Below, piece after piece: positions 43,403 through 57,228 of a stretch of DNA of 64,000 nt; position 1 is the first letter of the stretch; every line of letters starts with the position of its first letter. A model generated the notes under the pieces. That model saw nothing but the letters and a program-made list of their open reading frames with translations, ran no database searches and was not told the DNA's origin. Source of the DNA: Eledone cirrhosa. Lineage: Eukaryota. The DNA is taken from contig OZ024741.1 of the NCBI GenBank assembly GCA_964016885.1, forward strand, positions 384,524,001 through 384,588,000. Reading direction: 5' to 3'. A program made the position numbers and the translations under genes.

Positions 43403-44122
43403 CTTCTCCTTATATAGCATTGCATGAAATACAATATTAAATGTATTATTTATTTACATAGATTCAGAGAAATACACCTTACATTCAGTTAAGAAATCCT
43501 ACTTTCAGTTTCACTTAGGAATACCTGTTTTAGAATGTAAAGAAAAATTAAGGTAATTATTTTTGGTTATTTTGTTAATACCTTTATGAATCATCTTCAA
43601 ACGTAAGCTTTTGGGTTTTCACAACGTTAATGAGACACTTTCTAAACAAGGCAGCGAGGGAGGCCCTGAGCTATTATTTGACATGATAAATAAAGGCAAC
43701 AATATTCTCCACAGGATTCGCTTTAAATCTTCAATATTTGATTATGAGCATTTGACGATGTAACATTAGATACATTGTCTGAAAAAAGAATCAGATAATT
43801 ATGGCTGAAATACTTTGATTATAGGTTTGCTTCATCCGAGCTGAGAACTAAACAAAATCCTCACAATACTACTAACATCATTATCACTATAGATACACAC
43901 TATTCAATGAGTGAGCTTCTACGTGATCACTAGAAATGCCAAATATAGTAGCCAGACCTCTCTAAATCACTCCTTGCCTTATGTCTGCAAAAATGAAAAT
44001 AGGGTTGGCGTGTCAAATTACCACCTGTGTATAGTGTTTTCATTGTATATATGGGCAGGCCCTTAGGGAAAGATAAAAAGAAAAATATTATCATTATTGT
44101 TACTGTTATTATTATTAATAAT

Positions 44123-44545
44123 GGGCAGTGGATTGGCAATATCGGTAGAGGGTCGGACGCCATGCCTTATAGCATAGAGTTATGGCCCTATATGGTCGGA
44201 TTTCAAATCCCACCGAGTTTAGCTTTGCCTTTCATCCTTATAGGGTTGATAAAATAAAGAACCAGTAATGCACTGGGGTCGATTTAATCTACTTTCCCCT
44301 CCCTCAAAATTGCTGGCCTTGTGCCTATAGTAGAAATCATTATAAATAATATTATCAGGAGGTGGGTTGGCGGTATCGGTAGAGGGTCGGATGCCATGCT
44401 TTCCAGCATAGTTACGTCCCTTAACGATCTGAGTTCAAATCCCGCCGAGGTTGACTTTGCCTTTCATCCTTACGGGGTCGATAAAATAAAGTACCAGTAA
44501 TGCACTGGTTAATTGCTGGCCTTGTGCCAAAAAGTAGAAACAATT
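44123..44545 (+). mobile_element. Two tandem tRNA-type SINEs
   Basis: Copies at 44123-44340 and 44358-44545. Confidence 0.85.
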
Positions 44546-45048
44546 ATTACGACTACCTCTACTACTATTGAAATAAATGCATATATGTAAATATTATAAA
44601 AAGGGCTTCTTTCACTGTATCATGATGTTTGTGCCCACACATTTTTTTTTTCAGATGGAAACCTATAATATACAAGAAAGAAACACCAGTCAAATTCACT
44701 AAAAGTTTCCCTGACACGTAAGCGAAAACCAAATCAGTATAAATCGGTTAAGAATGTAGATTAACACTTGCCAGTCAAATACACGACTGTACACACACAA
44801 ATTCTTATAACTATATATATATATTGGCAACATCACCATCCCCAAATATAACAAATATAACAATATATATATATATAACTGCATACAACTGCAATTTAGC
44901 AATTAAGTGTGTATATATATATATATATACATACATGTATGCATACATACATACATACATACATACACACATACATACATAGTACGTATATATATAATTA
45001 CAATCACACAAATTTATGTACTCAAACATATGTGTGTGTATAAATGTG

Positions 45049-45135
<87 letters not shown>

Positions 45136-45261
45136 TTAGGGGGCGGTATGTATGTGTGCGTGTGTGTTATCTATACAGATATAACTTTATATATATATAT
45201 ATTGTCTTGTCCTCTCTGTTAATTTTCCTAAGTTTATCATTATATATATATATGTGTGTGT

Positions 45262-45317
<56 letters not shown>

Positions 45318-46401
45318 ATTGCTAAATTGCAGTTGTATGAAGCATATAGTGTTTAATGCAGGTTTAATTATAGGGAGAGACAGAATCTTCAGTTTTGAGC
45401 AGCGCCTGGTAGGAAGGACTCCAGTAACAGGTTTAGATGTTACATACAATCTGTGTTAATTATACGTCTATTGTAATTATTTATTGCATGCCAATTGCAA
45501 TTGGCAGTTGTTGCAAACGTTTTAAATTAGCAACATGATTTTAAGGTTTATTTATAGCTGAATCTTGTTAAATACTAGTGCTCAGGGATCATTTTCTAAT
45601 TGCTGAACAAGTATCGTGTGTGGTGAGAGAAAATGTCTTTTTCAAATGAATCGACAAGATCCCAGACCTCATTCGGGTACCAAGCGGGGTGGATCTCGTC
45701 AGATTAGACCAAGGAAATAATGTTTCCATTGCTCTTTCCAACTACTAATACTATCTACCGGTCACAACTCCTGACAGAAGGAGCAACGCTTAATAAAGTG
45801 TCTTGATCAAATACACAACGCATCACTCGACCCGGGAATCGAACTCACTACCTCACGATTGTAAATCCAACTCACTAACCACTATGTCATATGAGAGAAT
45901 AGTTTGGGTTATTTTCTGAGATGTGGAAAGTCACAGTCGATTGAATCTACAAAACACACAGTTGGCAGTACCTACCATGGCGTCGGCGGCGGCGAATTGA
46001 CAAACGACTCATTAAGGCGTCAGATCTAATTCCTCGGCATGTCTTCCAGCTCACACCGAGGTCAACTTTACCTTTCATCCTTTCGAAGTTGATAACTAAC
46101 GTACCACTCCCGCAGATTGGAATTAGCTGTTCAAACGGCACGAGCTCAGTCGTCGTGCCCCGACTCTTTATAATATATATATAATATATATATATATTTA
46201 TATATACAAGCAAATTATAAATGTAAACATGTAAGTATGTTTTTGGAACGGTGCGGCGCGAGTTTGAAATTAGAAATTAGAAATTATAAGCTTTCACCGT
46301 ATTTTAGACTAAAGAAATTTCTAGCCTGATAGTGGGGTTTAGTCTAAAATACGGTGAAAGCTTATAATTTCTAATTTCTAATATATATATATATATATAT
46401 A

Positions 46402-46756
46402 TTAAAATAACAAATTAAAGTTTAAGCACAGAATCGCTGCTTTCACCCTTAACGGGATCTTCTGAAACTAACAAAGTCAATCTGTAAACGCAGAAGTGGA
46501 TATTTCAAAAAACGTTGCAACCGGAGAAAGTTCCTGTCTTCCTCCGGTTGCAACGTTTTTTGAAATATCCAGTTCTGCGTTTACAGATTGACTTTGTTAG
46601 TTTCAGAAGATCCCGTTAAGGTTGAAAGCACCGATTCTGTGCTTAAACCTTAATCTGTTATTTTAATAAATATTTGCTCTACGGTTCTTATATATTTGAT
46701 ATATATTTATCCTTATCGAGCCCTCTTTGGATTTTAGTCTTCAAATTTATTATTAT

Positions 46757-46760
<4 letters not shown>
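46402..46760. mobile_element. Fold-back unit of the CAGAAGA-core family in (TA)n
   Basis: 46402-46525 is the reverse complement of 46541-46667. Both ends are shared with 18925-19012 and 58897-58972. Confidence 0.75.
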
Positions 46761-46814
<54 letters not shown>

Positions 46815-46860
46815 TATAAAAATTATAAAAATAAACAAAGAAGCCTTCAATACATCAAAA

Positions 46861-46923
46861 GTCTTTATTAGTCGACAATGTTTCGTCCCATTAATAAGGA
46901 CTCATCAGGGCAAGCAAAGAGAC
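46861..46923 (-). ncRNA. Canonical-core type I hammerhead at the 3' end of the PLE at 48382-50200
   Basis: CTGATGA-GTCC(TTATTAATG)GGAC-GAAAC-ATT-GTC, then stem I with an internal loop (TCTTTG/TAAAGA distal). Confidence 0.8.
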
Positions 46924-47200
46924 AAGAAGCATTAACGGCCAAAACAAGCCAAAACTCAGAAGAACAGGGAATTTATATCTATGAAAACTTAGGAAAGACA
47001 TCATGGAAAGACATGCTAAAGTTAAAAGTGAGCATTTGCAAATATAGACTATAGGGCTGGAGAGCAAGTAATATGTCAAACCCACGTTGAAAGAACAACA
47101 TAAGACAAATACATGAAATACAACATGGTAATACAATATGAGAATTATAATATGATATAGAAAACAATATAATGGATAATAAGAAATAAAAAGCTTAATA

Positions 47201-47239
<39 letters not shown>

Positions 47240-48381
47240 TTACACAAACACATACTAACACTTGTTTAAATATTTAAATATAATAATCATTATAATAGCA
47301 TAATCACCTTGACGGTGTGCATAAACAATATCAAAAACAATGGAATAATATACTGACATAAAAAATATATAAAACTACATCATACGTATCATTTAAGGTC
47401 AACAAATTGTATATAAAGTTTTTCACAGGGTAAGAAAAAATATCATATAAAAATAAAGTATGGTGAAAGAATATATATAACTATATATAATATTGACAAT
47501 AAATATCCAGAGGTATATGCAGTTCAAATTCATAAAACATTACAAAACAGTACCTCAATAACGGACATGTATATATAATTCAATTCCATAAAAATAATAA
47601 TGTTAATATTACAATAGCAGACAGACAGAATCAATGGAAAAGGCTTAAGACATATTTACGCGATGCATACAAATAGACATATCAGGAGACAATAACAAAT
47701 GATAGGAGAACAGACAGCATGTGGTAGTAAAAAAATAAATTAAATAAAACGAAGAACAAAAACAAAAACAAGCACAGATGTTACAAGTCCCTAGGTAAAT
47801 ATAGATAATATTACTATTCTGGATCAAAGAATTAAATTGAAAACCTTATTAAATTAATTAGTACTAAAACTGTTTAAAAGACATTATGGGTCACTTCATA
47901 TGGAATAAAGTTTAAGTCATCAAAGTCGAATAAAATTAAGATATTTCAATAAGAAAGCTAAAATATCTATCAAGATTTATTACGATACATCCAGACTAAT
48001 TACGATATCAAGGAAAAAACTCTAAATAAAACTATGGTAGACCAATGGGAACATAAAGAAGTAGAACTATGGAGGGTGGGAAGGAGCATAAAGGTAAAAA
48101 TTTATATATAATCAATATAAATTGACCATATATAAATTTATATATAATATTAAATATAATATTATTTTCATCCTAACCAGGGATGAAAATAAAGATAGAA
48201 ACTTATAAGGCGAGAATGGTGAATAAAAATGTAATAATGGTAAAGATGATAGAAAGGGTAGGATAGCTAGAGAGACTATGAAAACTAAAACTAAATTGAA
48301 AAACCGTAGAAAACCAATAATGGTAATAATAATGAACTAAAACCAAAGAGATAAGGAAATATAGCAGCTAATGGATATGGT

Positions 48382-50205
48382 TTAAACTACCGGAGCTTTT
48401 AGGTCTATAATAGAAGAAGGAATTAGAAATAGCATGCGGACAGGAAGAAAAATTTCAGATTTTCTATTAAGTAATGCATTCCTAGAGAAAATTATAGAGT
48501 GGGTCTCTAGGATACAAAGATTACAGAATTTAGCGTGTGTTGAGAGGTGATTAGAGTGTGCTACTATACGCCAATCTAGGCTATATGGTATACCAGCCCC
48601 TTTTAAATCCCAGATATGGTGTGCTAAAGAAGTAGAGTTCTTAAACTTGATATGCTTAAAATTAGAAATATGTGAATTAAACCTAGTTTTAAAAGTATTA
48701 GATGTGGAGCCTATATATGTTCTACAAGAAGAATTAGTCTTAACTTCACATGCATAAACAATATTCCTAGAGAGGCAGTGGCCATTCAAAGGGCAGTTAT
48801 TACTTAATCTACAGTTACACTTCCGGGTATTAGTGATTAGCTGATTACGCGATGCATTATTACTAGGGTTATTAGAAGATAAGATCTGCTCGGGTAGTAA
48901 GTTATTGATAGAGCAATCTAGATTAGTGGTACGCAAAGAGCAGTAGCTGTCCCTAATTTTCCTATTATTAGTGCTAGCTAGATGAGAATTATTAATAAAA
49001 GGAAAATTTTATCTAAAATAGAAAAGAAAGATCTAGGGATATTAGTTAATACTTCATGATTATAAGGCGGGTTAAAGTAAGTATTGAGCCTCCTCCTATT
49101 CTTACCTTTACTATTTCTATTTCTATCTCGTATCGTATTAATAGGATTAGGGTTAATACTAGGACCAGTTGAATCAACATTATTAGAAGCCGTTAAAACA
49201 TCACCACTGGGTGAACGTTCAGAGCGCCTATCCTGTTCACTAGAACTAATCTCAAAAAGTGCACCATTAGACTCACTATTACGATTATTATTGTGGTAGT
49301 TATACATATGGTTCGATTTGGATGAACCAATAACATTTCTATGATTCCTAGATTTTCTTCTCCCATTCAAGGCCATGTTATGGGATATTACGTTATTATT
49401 GGTAAACGGAGTCATTCCAAGGTAGTTATCTTTATAGTGTATTCTACCTGAGTAACCAGAGTTAGCTAGGGCATTATTATAATACTCAGCATGTGAATTA
49501 AATATTCCTATGTCTTTAGAGAGTGTGGAGATTCTATTAGATACACCATTAATAATAGAACTAATCATAGATTTAGGGTGGTTAGAATTAGGATTAACGT
49601 AAGAGAGTGTCTCATTAGGCTTGTAGAAGGGTTTATAATTATTAGTGACCAAGTCCAATGTCACATCTAAAAAGTTAACAGCTCTATCATTCCTATCAAT
49701 CGTGATCGAAAGGTTAAAATTTTTAAAAAATTTATACAACTTCTTCCTATTATGTTCAATGCTATTAGTACTAGAGTTTATTACAAATAATGCATCGTCA
49801 CTATAAAGTCCACCTTTAAGGTGCGGAAAGCTAACATAAAGTTCATTCAAGAGGTACAGCCCAACAAGATCAGTTACCTGCGCAGAATCACTCGAACCCA
49901 TGGTAACGTCAAAGTTGTTGGGTGTGTTTTTACGCGTCCAAAGTGTATCCTCGAATTTGATGATAGTCCTACGGGCGGCTAGTATAAAATCAATCTGGGG
50001 ACGCGTAAGACTAGACATTCGCATTGCCATAATTAGGGCTTTATTAAGGAGGATAGGTGAAATCGACGTGTAATAGGCGTCTATATCAAACTGGATAAAC
50101 CTACTAGACTCAAGCTTATTTATACCAGAGAACCAATCAATAGTGTTCCCCCATAGATTAAAATGAACCTTTTCTCTAACGATGGGTATAATCAGGTCAA
50201 GAATG
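48382..50205 (-). pseudogene. Penelope-like element, 5'-truncated and frameshifted RT + GIY-YIG; 3' region extends to about 46810
   Basis: FDVTMGS, GLYSDD, FLDVTLDL, CNCRLSNNCPLNGHC, IVYAC..YIGST..FKTRFNSH, CNLCILE. Confidence 0.93.
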
Positions 50206-50361
50206 TTCTTACTGATTATAGCTATATAATTTTTCGGCTCTGTTGGATTACATTGAGCTATATCTTATACTGTCATTTCTCTAATACGACGAGTGTGTTT
50301 AACTCTAACACACTCAAGTATTTTGATCTTATGTATATATATATATGTATATATATATATG

Positions 50362-50394
<33 letters not shown>

Positions 50395-50690
50395 GTATAT
50401 ATATATACACTCGTTAAACACACTCGTCGTATTAGAACTTATGTTTACCGAATTCGCAGACCAGACCCCTTCTTCCTTCCGTTAGACCTGTGCGATATTC
50501 CTTCCTTGCTCACATTTCAACCAGGTTTGATGGTCTTTATTCACTCGTTCAGGATTCCACCGAATTTATATTCATAGAAATCTGGGACTTGTTTCCTTCT
50601 TCATCACTTTCTGCTGCTTAAACCATTTTGTTTGTTTACCCTAGCGTCCCCTTTATTTACGTGTCCCAACGACTTTTTTTTAGCCGTTGC

Positions 50691-50761
50691 TCGCACCAAC
50701 CTGAGGTATATGGCCTTTAATGCGACGAAATGCCTACGACGGTTGGATGGCCACTGATGAG
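50691..50761 (+). ncRNA. Non-circularly permuted hammerhead, sister copy (host fragment 50410-50775)
   Basis: TCGCA-CCAACC-TG-AGGTAT-A-TGGCC..TGCGA-C-GAAA-TGCCT..GGTTGG-AT-GGCCA-CTGATGA-G. Confidence 0.75.
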
Positions 50762-50770
50762 GACAAACTT

Positions 50771-50814
<44 letters not shown>

Positions 50815-50818
<4 letters not shown>

Positions 50819-50962
50819 AATTGCTTCGATGTTTGGAATTTCTTCTCTAGCTCGGCCATTGATTCAGCTATGAGTGTCAGGTCGTCTGCGTATAGGAGTT
50901 CCCATGGACAGCCGGTCTTGAACTCCTCTGTTATAGCCTGAAGGGCAATAATAAATAGTAGG
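50815..50962 (-). pseudogene. Short RTE-type RT fragment between (TA)n tracts
   Basis: [34 protein letters not shown]. Confidence 0.85.
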
Positions 50963-51017
<55 letters not shown>

Positions 51018-51018
<1 letters not shown>

Positions 51019-51224
51019 CGAAGGAAATGTGGTAAGGAACCAGGTGGACCATAACGCACCAAAGTACTCAATACTTGTGGTAGTAGAGTGGGTAATAGGA
51101 ACCAGTAAGACCCCGACAGCTGAGCTCAAGCCGTTTCGACGGCTAATTCCAGAATTATATATATACATATATATATATACATATATATATATATACATAT
51201 ATATATATACATATATATATATAC

Positions 51225-51308
<84 letters not shown>

Positions 51309-51545
51309 CGAAGGAAATGTGGTAAGGAACCAGGTGGACCATAACGCACCAAAGTACTCAATACTTGAAGTAGTAGAGTGGGTAATAGGAACCAGTAAGA
51401 CCCCGACAGCTGAGCTCAAGCCGTTTCGACGGCTAATTCTGGACTGTCGGGGTCTTACTGGTTCCTATTACCCACTCTACTACTTCAAGTATTGAGTACT
51501 TTGGTGCGTTATGGTCCACCTGGTTCCTTACCACATTTCCTTCGT

Positions 51546-51546
<1 letters not shown>
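51018..51546. mobile_element. Three truncated copies of the GAGCTC-loop HHR family (-, -, +)
   Basis: 51018-51153 (-), 51308-51444 (-), 51444-51546 (+), each ending in (TA)n. Confidence 0.85.
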
Positions 51547-51584
<38 letters not shown>

Positions 51585-51603
51585 GTATATATATATATGT
51601 ATG

Positions 51604-51674
<71 letters not shown>

Positions 51675-51678
51675 TATG

Positions 51679-51754
<76 letters not shown>

Positions 51755-51891
51755 TATATATATGTATATATATAAATATATATATATATGTATATATATG
51801 ACTAAAAAGTCACACTCGTTCAGCGCATCAGTAGGGGTTCTCCTACATGGATATAAAGTAGTGGCCGTACTCGAAAACGAGTTGGCAGCCA

Positions 51892-52065
<174 letters not shown>

Positions 52066-52142
52066 ATATATATATATGTATATATATATATGTATATATA
52101 TATATGTACATATATATATATGTATATATATATATATATGTG

Positions 52143-52190
<48 letters not shown>

Positions 52191-52197
52191 TATTATG

Positions 52198-52264
<67 letters not shown>

Positions 52265-52349
52265 GTATATATATATGTATATATATAAATATATATATAT
52301 ATGTATATATATATATACGTATATATATATATGTATATATATATATATG

Positions 52350-52396
<47 letters not shown>

Positions 52397-53234
52397 AGTT
52401 TTTTACACGAGGAATTGATATTGGTTTTGAAATAACTAATTAACCCGCGTGTGTTTTATATTTTACCCTTAATTCGACCGGAGATTTACATTCCCATTTG
52501 CCCTTTAAAGCATAACTTTCCGTATTTATTACGGTTACGAGATGCGGTTTCTTATTCAGGTACAACCTCTGATTTTAGCCTAAGAAAATATCTATATGCG
52601 TGTGTAATTTATACACGCATATATTTATTTTTTTAATTTCAATTGAGTTCTTAACACGTTGGATTGATAATGTTTTCGAAAAAACTGATTAACCCGCGTG
52701 TATATTATTTTTTTCCTCCTTTCGTGGATCGTGGTTGTCTCCCCTTCCCACTTAGTGACGCTACAATACTTCCTCAGTCAAAAACTGCTGGAATTTCAAA
52801 TTTGCCGGTCATTCGATGCGGGAAGGAGCAACTTAACAAGACACGATTTTTAACTGTGGTAAGAAATGTTTTTCTTATATCAAAGTTTAATGGGCTTCCA
52901 CTGATGATTTATAAACGCCCACCTAAATATATTCTTACATGAATGTATATTAGGCTTCTACATAAACTGGAAATATTCTCCGAATTTGTAGAAAACTTAT
53001 AATGAAACAATTGTTTGGAAAGAGAGATATATTTTAACTTTAATTATGTCTCATAAAATAATACAACTGGCTCTTCCACATAATACATATTGTTAGCACC
53101 CCAAACACTTAAATTGGGTTTATATTAAAATATAACCTAATGTTTGTTGAATGAGATGGTTACCAGTCAGAGATTAGCTTTAAACTATCTCTGTTATTGT
53201 ATTAATATATGTATATATATATATATATATATAC

Positions 53235-53297
<63 letters not shown>

Positions 53298-53302
<5 letters not shown>

Positions 53303-53466
53303 CTGAAAACACCGGTTCTCGTCCGATCACCGAAGTTAAGCAACGTCGAGCCTAGTTAGTACTTAGATCGCTTGGGAACCCTAAGTACCGTAAGCGTTTA
53401 ATTCCAAGGGCGGTGCCCCAGCATGGCCTCAGCCGGATGGCTGGAACAGGTAAAAGAGTAAAAGAG

Positions 53467-53469
<3 letters not shown>
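53298..53469 (+). pseudogene. 5S rRNA-derived head (53298-53395) fused to a SINE-type tail
   Basis: CACGCTGAAAACACCGGTTCTCGTCCGATCACCGAAGTTAAGC..GTTAGTACTTAGAT..CTTGGGAA matches metazoan 5S. The first ~12 nt are missing and there is an internal deletion after box C. Followed by GGTGCCCCAGCATGG..GTAAAAGAGTAAAAGAG. Confidence 0.85.
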
Positions 53470-54265
<796 letters not shown>

Positions 54266-54761
54266 CCTATCTGTTGATATGCAAATCTGGCTGATCAGTG
54301 GATCTGCTAATATGTAGATCTGACTGAGCAGCCAGTCTGCTAATATGCAAATCAGGTCGATCAATCACTGTATAATTTAGAAAAATATCATATATTTTCT
54401 CTAGCTCTGACAGTTGGCAGGTGAAGAGTGAACTGCACTGATAAAGGGTAATCACCCAGAAACATTGGTGTCTGCAGTTCTGTTTACGTGCCAACATAAG
54501 AGCAAGAATGAGGGTCTCATTCTACTGACATGGGTTAAAAGAGGCTTGTTTGCATAATTACAAACGAATCGAATATTTTTATTAATATTCAAAAAACTCA
54601 AATTACATTTATTGTATTCAGCCATGTAAAGCGGTAACTTTTTAAGTTATGTATATACATATATATATAACGAAGGAGGTGTGGTAAGGAACCAGATAAA
54701 CCATAACGCACCAGAGTACTTAATACTCAGTGTAGTAGAGTGGGTAATAGGAAAAAGTTTA

Positions 54762-54857
54762 ACCCAGACGGCAGAGCTCAAGCCGTTTCGACGGCTATTT
54801 CTGGACTAAATTAGGATTTTTAGCGTGGTAAATAAATAGCCGAACTTTTCAAGGGGT
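54762..54857 (-). ncRNA. Hammerhead with UUGAAAA core and GAGCTC loop III
   Basis: ACCCC-TTGAAAA-GTT-CGGCTATTT..AAATAGCCG-TC-GAA-ACGGC(TTGAGCTCT)GCCGT-C-TGGGT. Confidence 0.7.
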
Positions 54858-55915
54858 AATTCCTTATATGGGAAGATTGTAGTTGTCAAAAGGATTGGTC
54901 AAAATTTCTTGTAAACACCATTAAATCTTTCATGCCAGTGGGTGGGAGGTGGGGTGGCTGAACTTGCCTGTAGAACAATGAGGGAGTGGGTGGAGCCGGT
55001 CAAGCGTTGAAAGTGAATTCTATACAGCAAATTCTAAGGAGTGTGTATGACATTAGGCTAGTTAGGAAGCAGGGGAAAAAAGGATTCTGGAGAAAATAGT
55101 TCATTTCTCACTCTTAGTACGGCTTTTACTTAAATATAAGTATGTATACGTACATACATATATGTATGCAGACGTACAGTAGTATGTATATATATATCCA
55201 TACATGCATATATATATATATATGTACGAGCATTATAATAAATGTTCGGTAAATCCATACGTACATATATATATGTGTGCATGTATGTATATATATATAC
55301 ATACTACTGTACTTCTGTATACATATATGTATGTACGTATACATACTTATATTTAAGTAACAGCCGTACTAAGAGTGAGAATTAAATTTCGTTTCATTTT
55401 TCCATTTATTTTTTCGGTGCGCCCGGCCGATTAACTCACTCGATATGCAAATTAGGCTGCTCAGCCGTTAATATGCATAAGGAACGTATATACTTTCAGA
55501 CGTTCAATCATCTAGCAGGAAGATATACGGTGCTGACGATAGCTAATAAGCTTGAAACTAGTATATCGTTCCTTTGTCAGTGTTGAACAAAAGGGCAACG
55601 ATGGTTGCTAAACACTGTGCGGCTTAATTCGGGATGTTTGTTTACAAATACACCGAGCATTATAATAAATGTTCGGTAAATCCATACGTACATATATGTG
55701 TGCATGTATGTATATATATATACATACTACTGTGCGTCTGTATACATATATGTATGTACGTATACATACTTATATTTAAATAAATAAATAAATATATATA
55801 AACTTATAAAATTGGATAGTAAAAAGTAATAAAACTGCCATGAAAGATTTAATGGTGTTTACAAGAAATTTTGACCAATCCTTTTGACAACTACAATCTT
55901 CCCATATAAGGAATT

Positions 55916-56011
55916 ACCCCTTGAAATGTTCGGCTATTTATTTACCACGCTAAAAATTCCAATTTAGTCCAGAAATAGCCGTCGAAACGGCTTGAGCTCT
56001 GCCGTCGGGGT
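55916..56011 (+). ncRNA. Inverted copy, core TTGAAAT, perfect stem I ACCCC/GGGGT
   Basis: GAAA at 55984-55987, GTC at 56004-56006. Confidence 0.65.
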
Positions 56012-56018
56012 TAAACTT

Positions 56019-56063
<45 letters not shown>

Positions 56064-56314
56064 GAGCCCACAAAAATAAAATGTTATCCGAGAGAACAAA
56101 GGAGAGACTCAAAATAACAAATTAGTCACTGAAGAGGTCACAGAATATGTGGCGCAAGAGCTTTGACAATAAACAAATAAACAACCTCCCGGTTATTAAA
56201 CTAACCAACTTGAAATTTATAAATTGTGAAAACTATCAGGTGCATGTTTTTATTGGCAACATGACCCTCCCAAGATATAACTATCTGTTTCAACATACGT
56301 TGTCAGATAAGATA

Positions 56315-56650
56315 TAATTGTTTCTACTTTTGGCACAAGGCCAGCAATTAACCAGTACATTACTGGTACTTTATTTTATCGACCCCGTAAGGATGAAAGT
56401 CAAAGTTAAACTCGGCGGGATTTGAACTCAGACTATAAAGGGACGTAACTATGCTAGAAAGCATGGCGTCCAACCCTCTACCGATACTGCAAGAAATAAT
56501 GCAAAACAAATACAAAAATGAAGTATATATATAGGCGTGTGGCTGAGTGGTAAGATAATTGGTTTCACAATCGTAAGGTTGTAAGATCGATTCCTGGACC
56601 GGGCGATGCGTTATGTCCTTGAGCAAGACACTTTATTTCACGTTGCTCCT
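56315..56650. mobile_element. Two SINEs head to head (- 56315-56490; + 56533-56650, second family)
   Basis: SINE consensus; tRNA-like head GGCGTGTGGCTGAGTGGTAAG..GATCGATTCC. Confidence 0.8.
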
Positions 56651-57132
56651 TTTACCTGGAGTTGCGGCCGATAGATAGTATTAGCAATTGGAAAGACCAA
56701 CGGAAACATTGTTTCCTCGGTCCGATTTGACGAAAGTCGATCGACTATATATATATATATATATATATATATTTAATACAATAACAGAGATAGCTTTAAG
56801 CTAAACTCCGACTGGTAACCATCTCACTCAACAAACATTAAGTTATACGTTAGTATAAACCCAATTTAAGTGTTTGGGGTGCTAACTATATGTATTTTGT
56901 GGAAAGCCAGTTGTATTATTTTATATGAGATATAATTAAAGTTAAAATATATATTTATGTGTGTGTGTGTGTATTGAGTACCTTACTTACTGTGGTTACC
57001 CCCGATTGAACCCGGGGTAAATATATATATATATGACAACAAAGAAGGTGTGATAAGATACAAGATGGACAATAACGCACAACAGTATTCGATACTTAGG
57101 GTAGTAGAGTGGGTAATAAGAAAAGAGTCAGG

Positions 57133-57228
57133 ACCCCGACGACCGAGCTCCGGCCGTTTCGACAGCTATATCCGAACTAAGCCAGCAGTATTAGAACGGC
57201 GGGTATCTAGTTGAACTTATCAAGGGGT
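57133..57228 (-). ncRNA. Divergent hammerhead with UUGAUAA core in a PLE 3' region
   Basis: ACCCC-TTGATAA-GTT-CAACTAGAT..ATATAGCTG-TC-GAA-ACGGCCG(GAGCT)CGGTCGT-C-GGGGT. Confidence 0.75.

Larger units (their letters stand above)
54669..56022. mobile_element. Non-coding element with inverted HHR-bearing termini and nested internal fold-backs
   Basis: 54751-54935 is the reverse complement of 55838-56022. 55106-55222 pairs with 55265-55381. 55227-55355 is repeated at 55654-55780. Confidence 0.8.

Noticed and set aside
53298-53395. Functional 5S rRNA gene
   Set aside because: 5' end missing, internal deletion, diverged 3' stem, single copy fused to a SINE tail.
56121-56170. CTGAAGA-GGTCACA..TGTGGC hammerhead-like fold
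   Set aside because: GAAA is absent; decayed remnant only.
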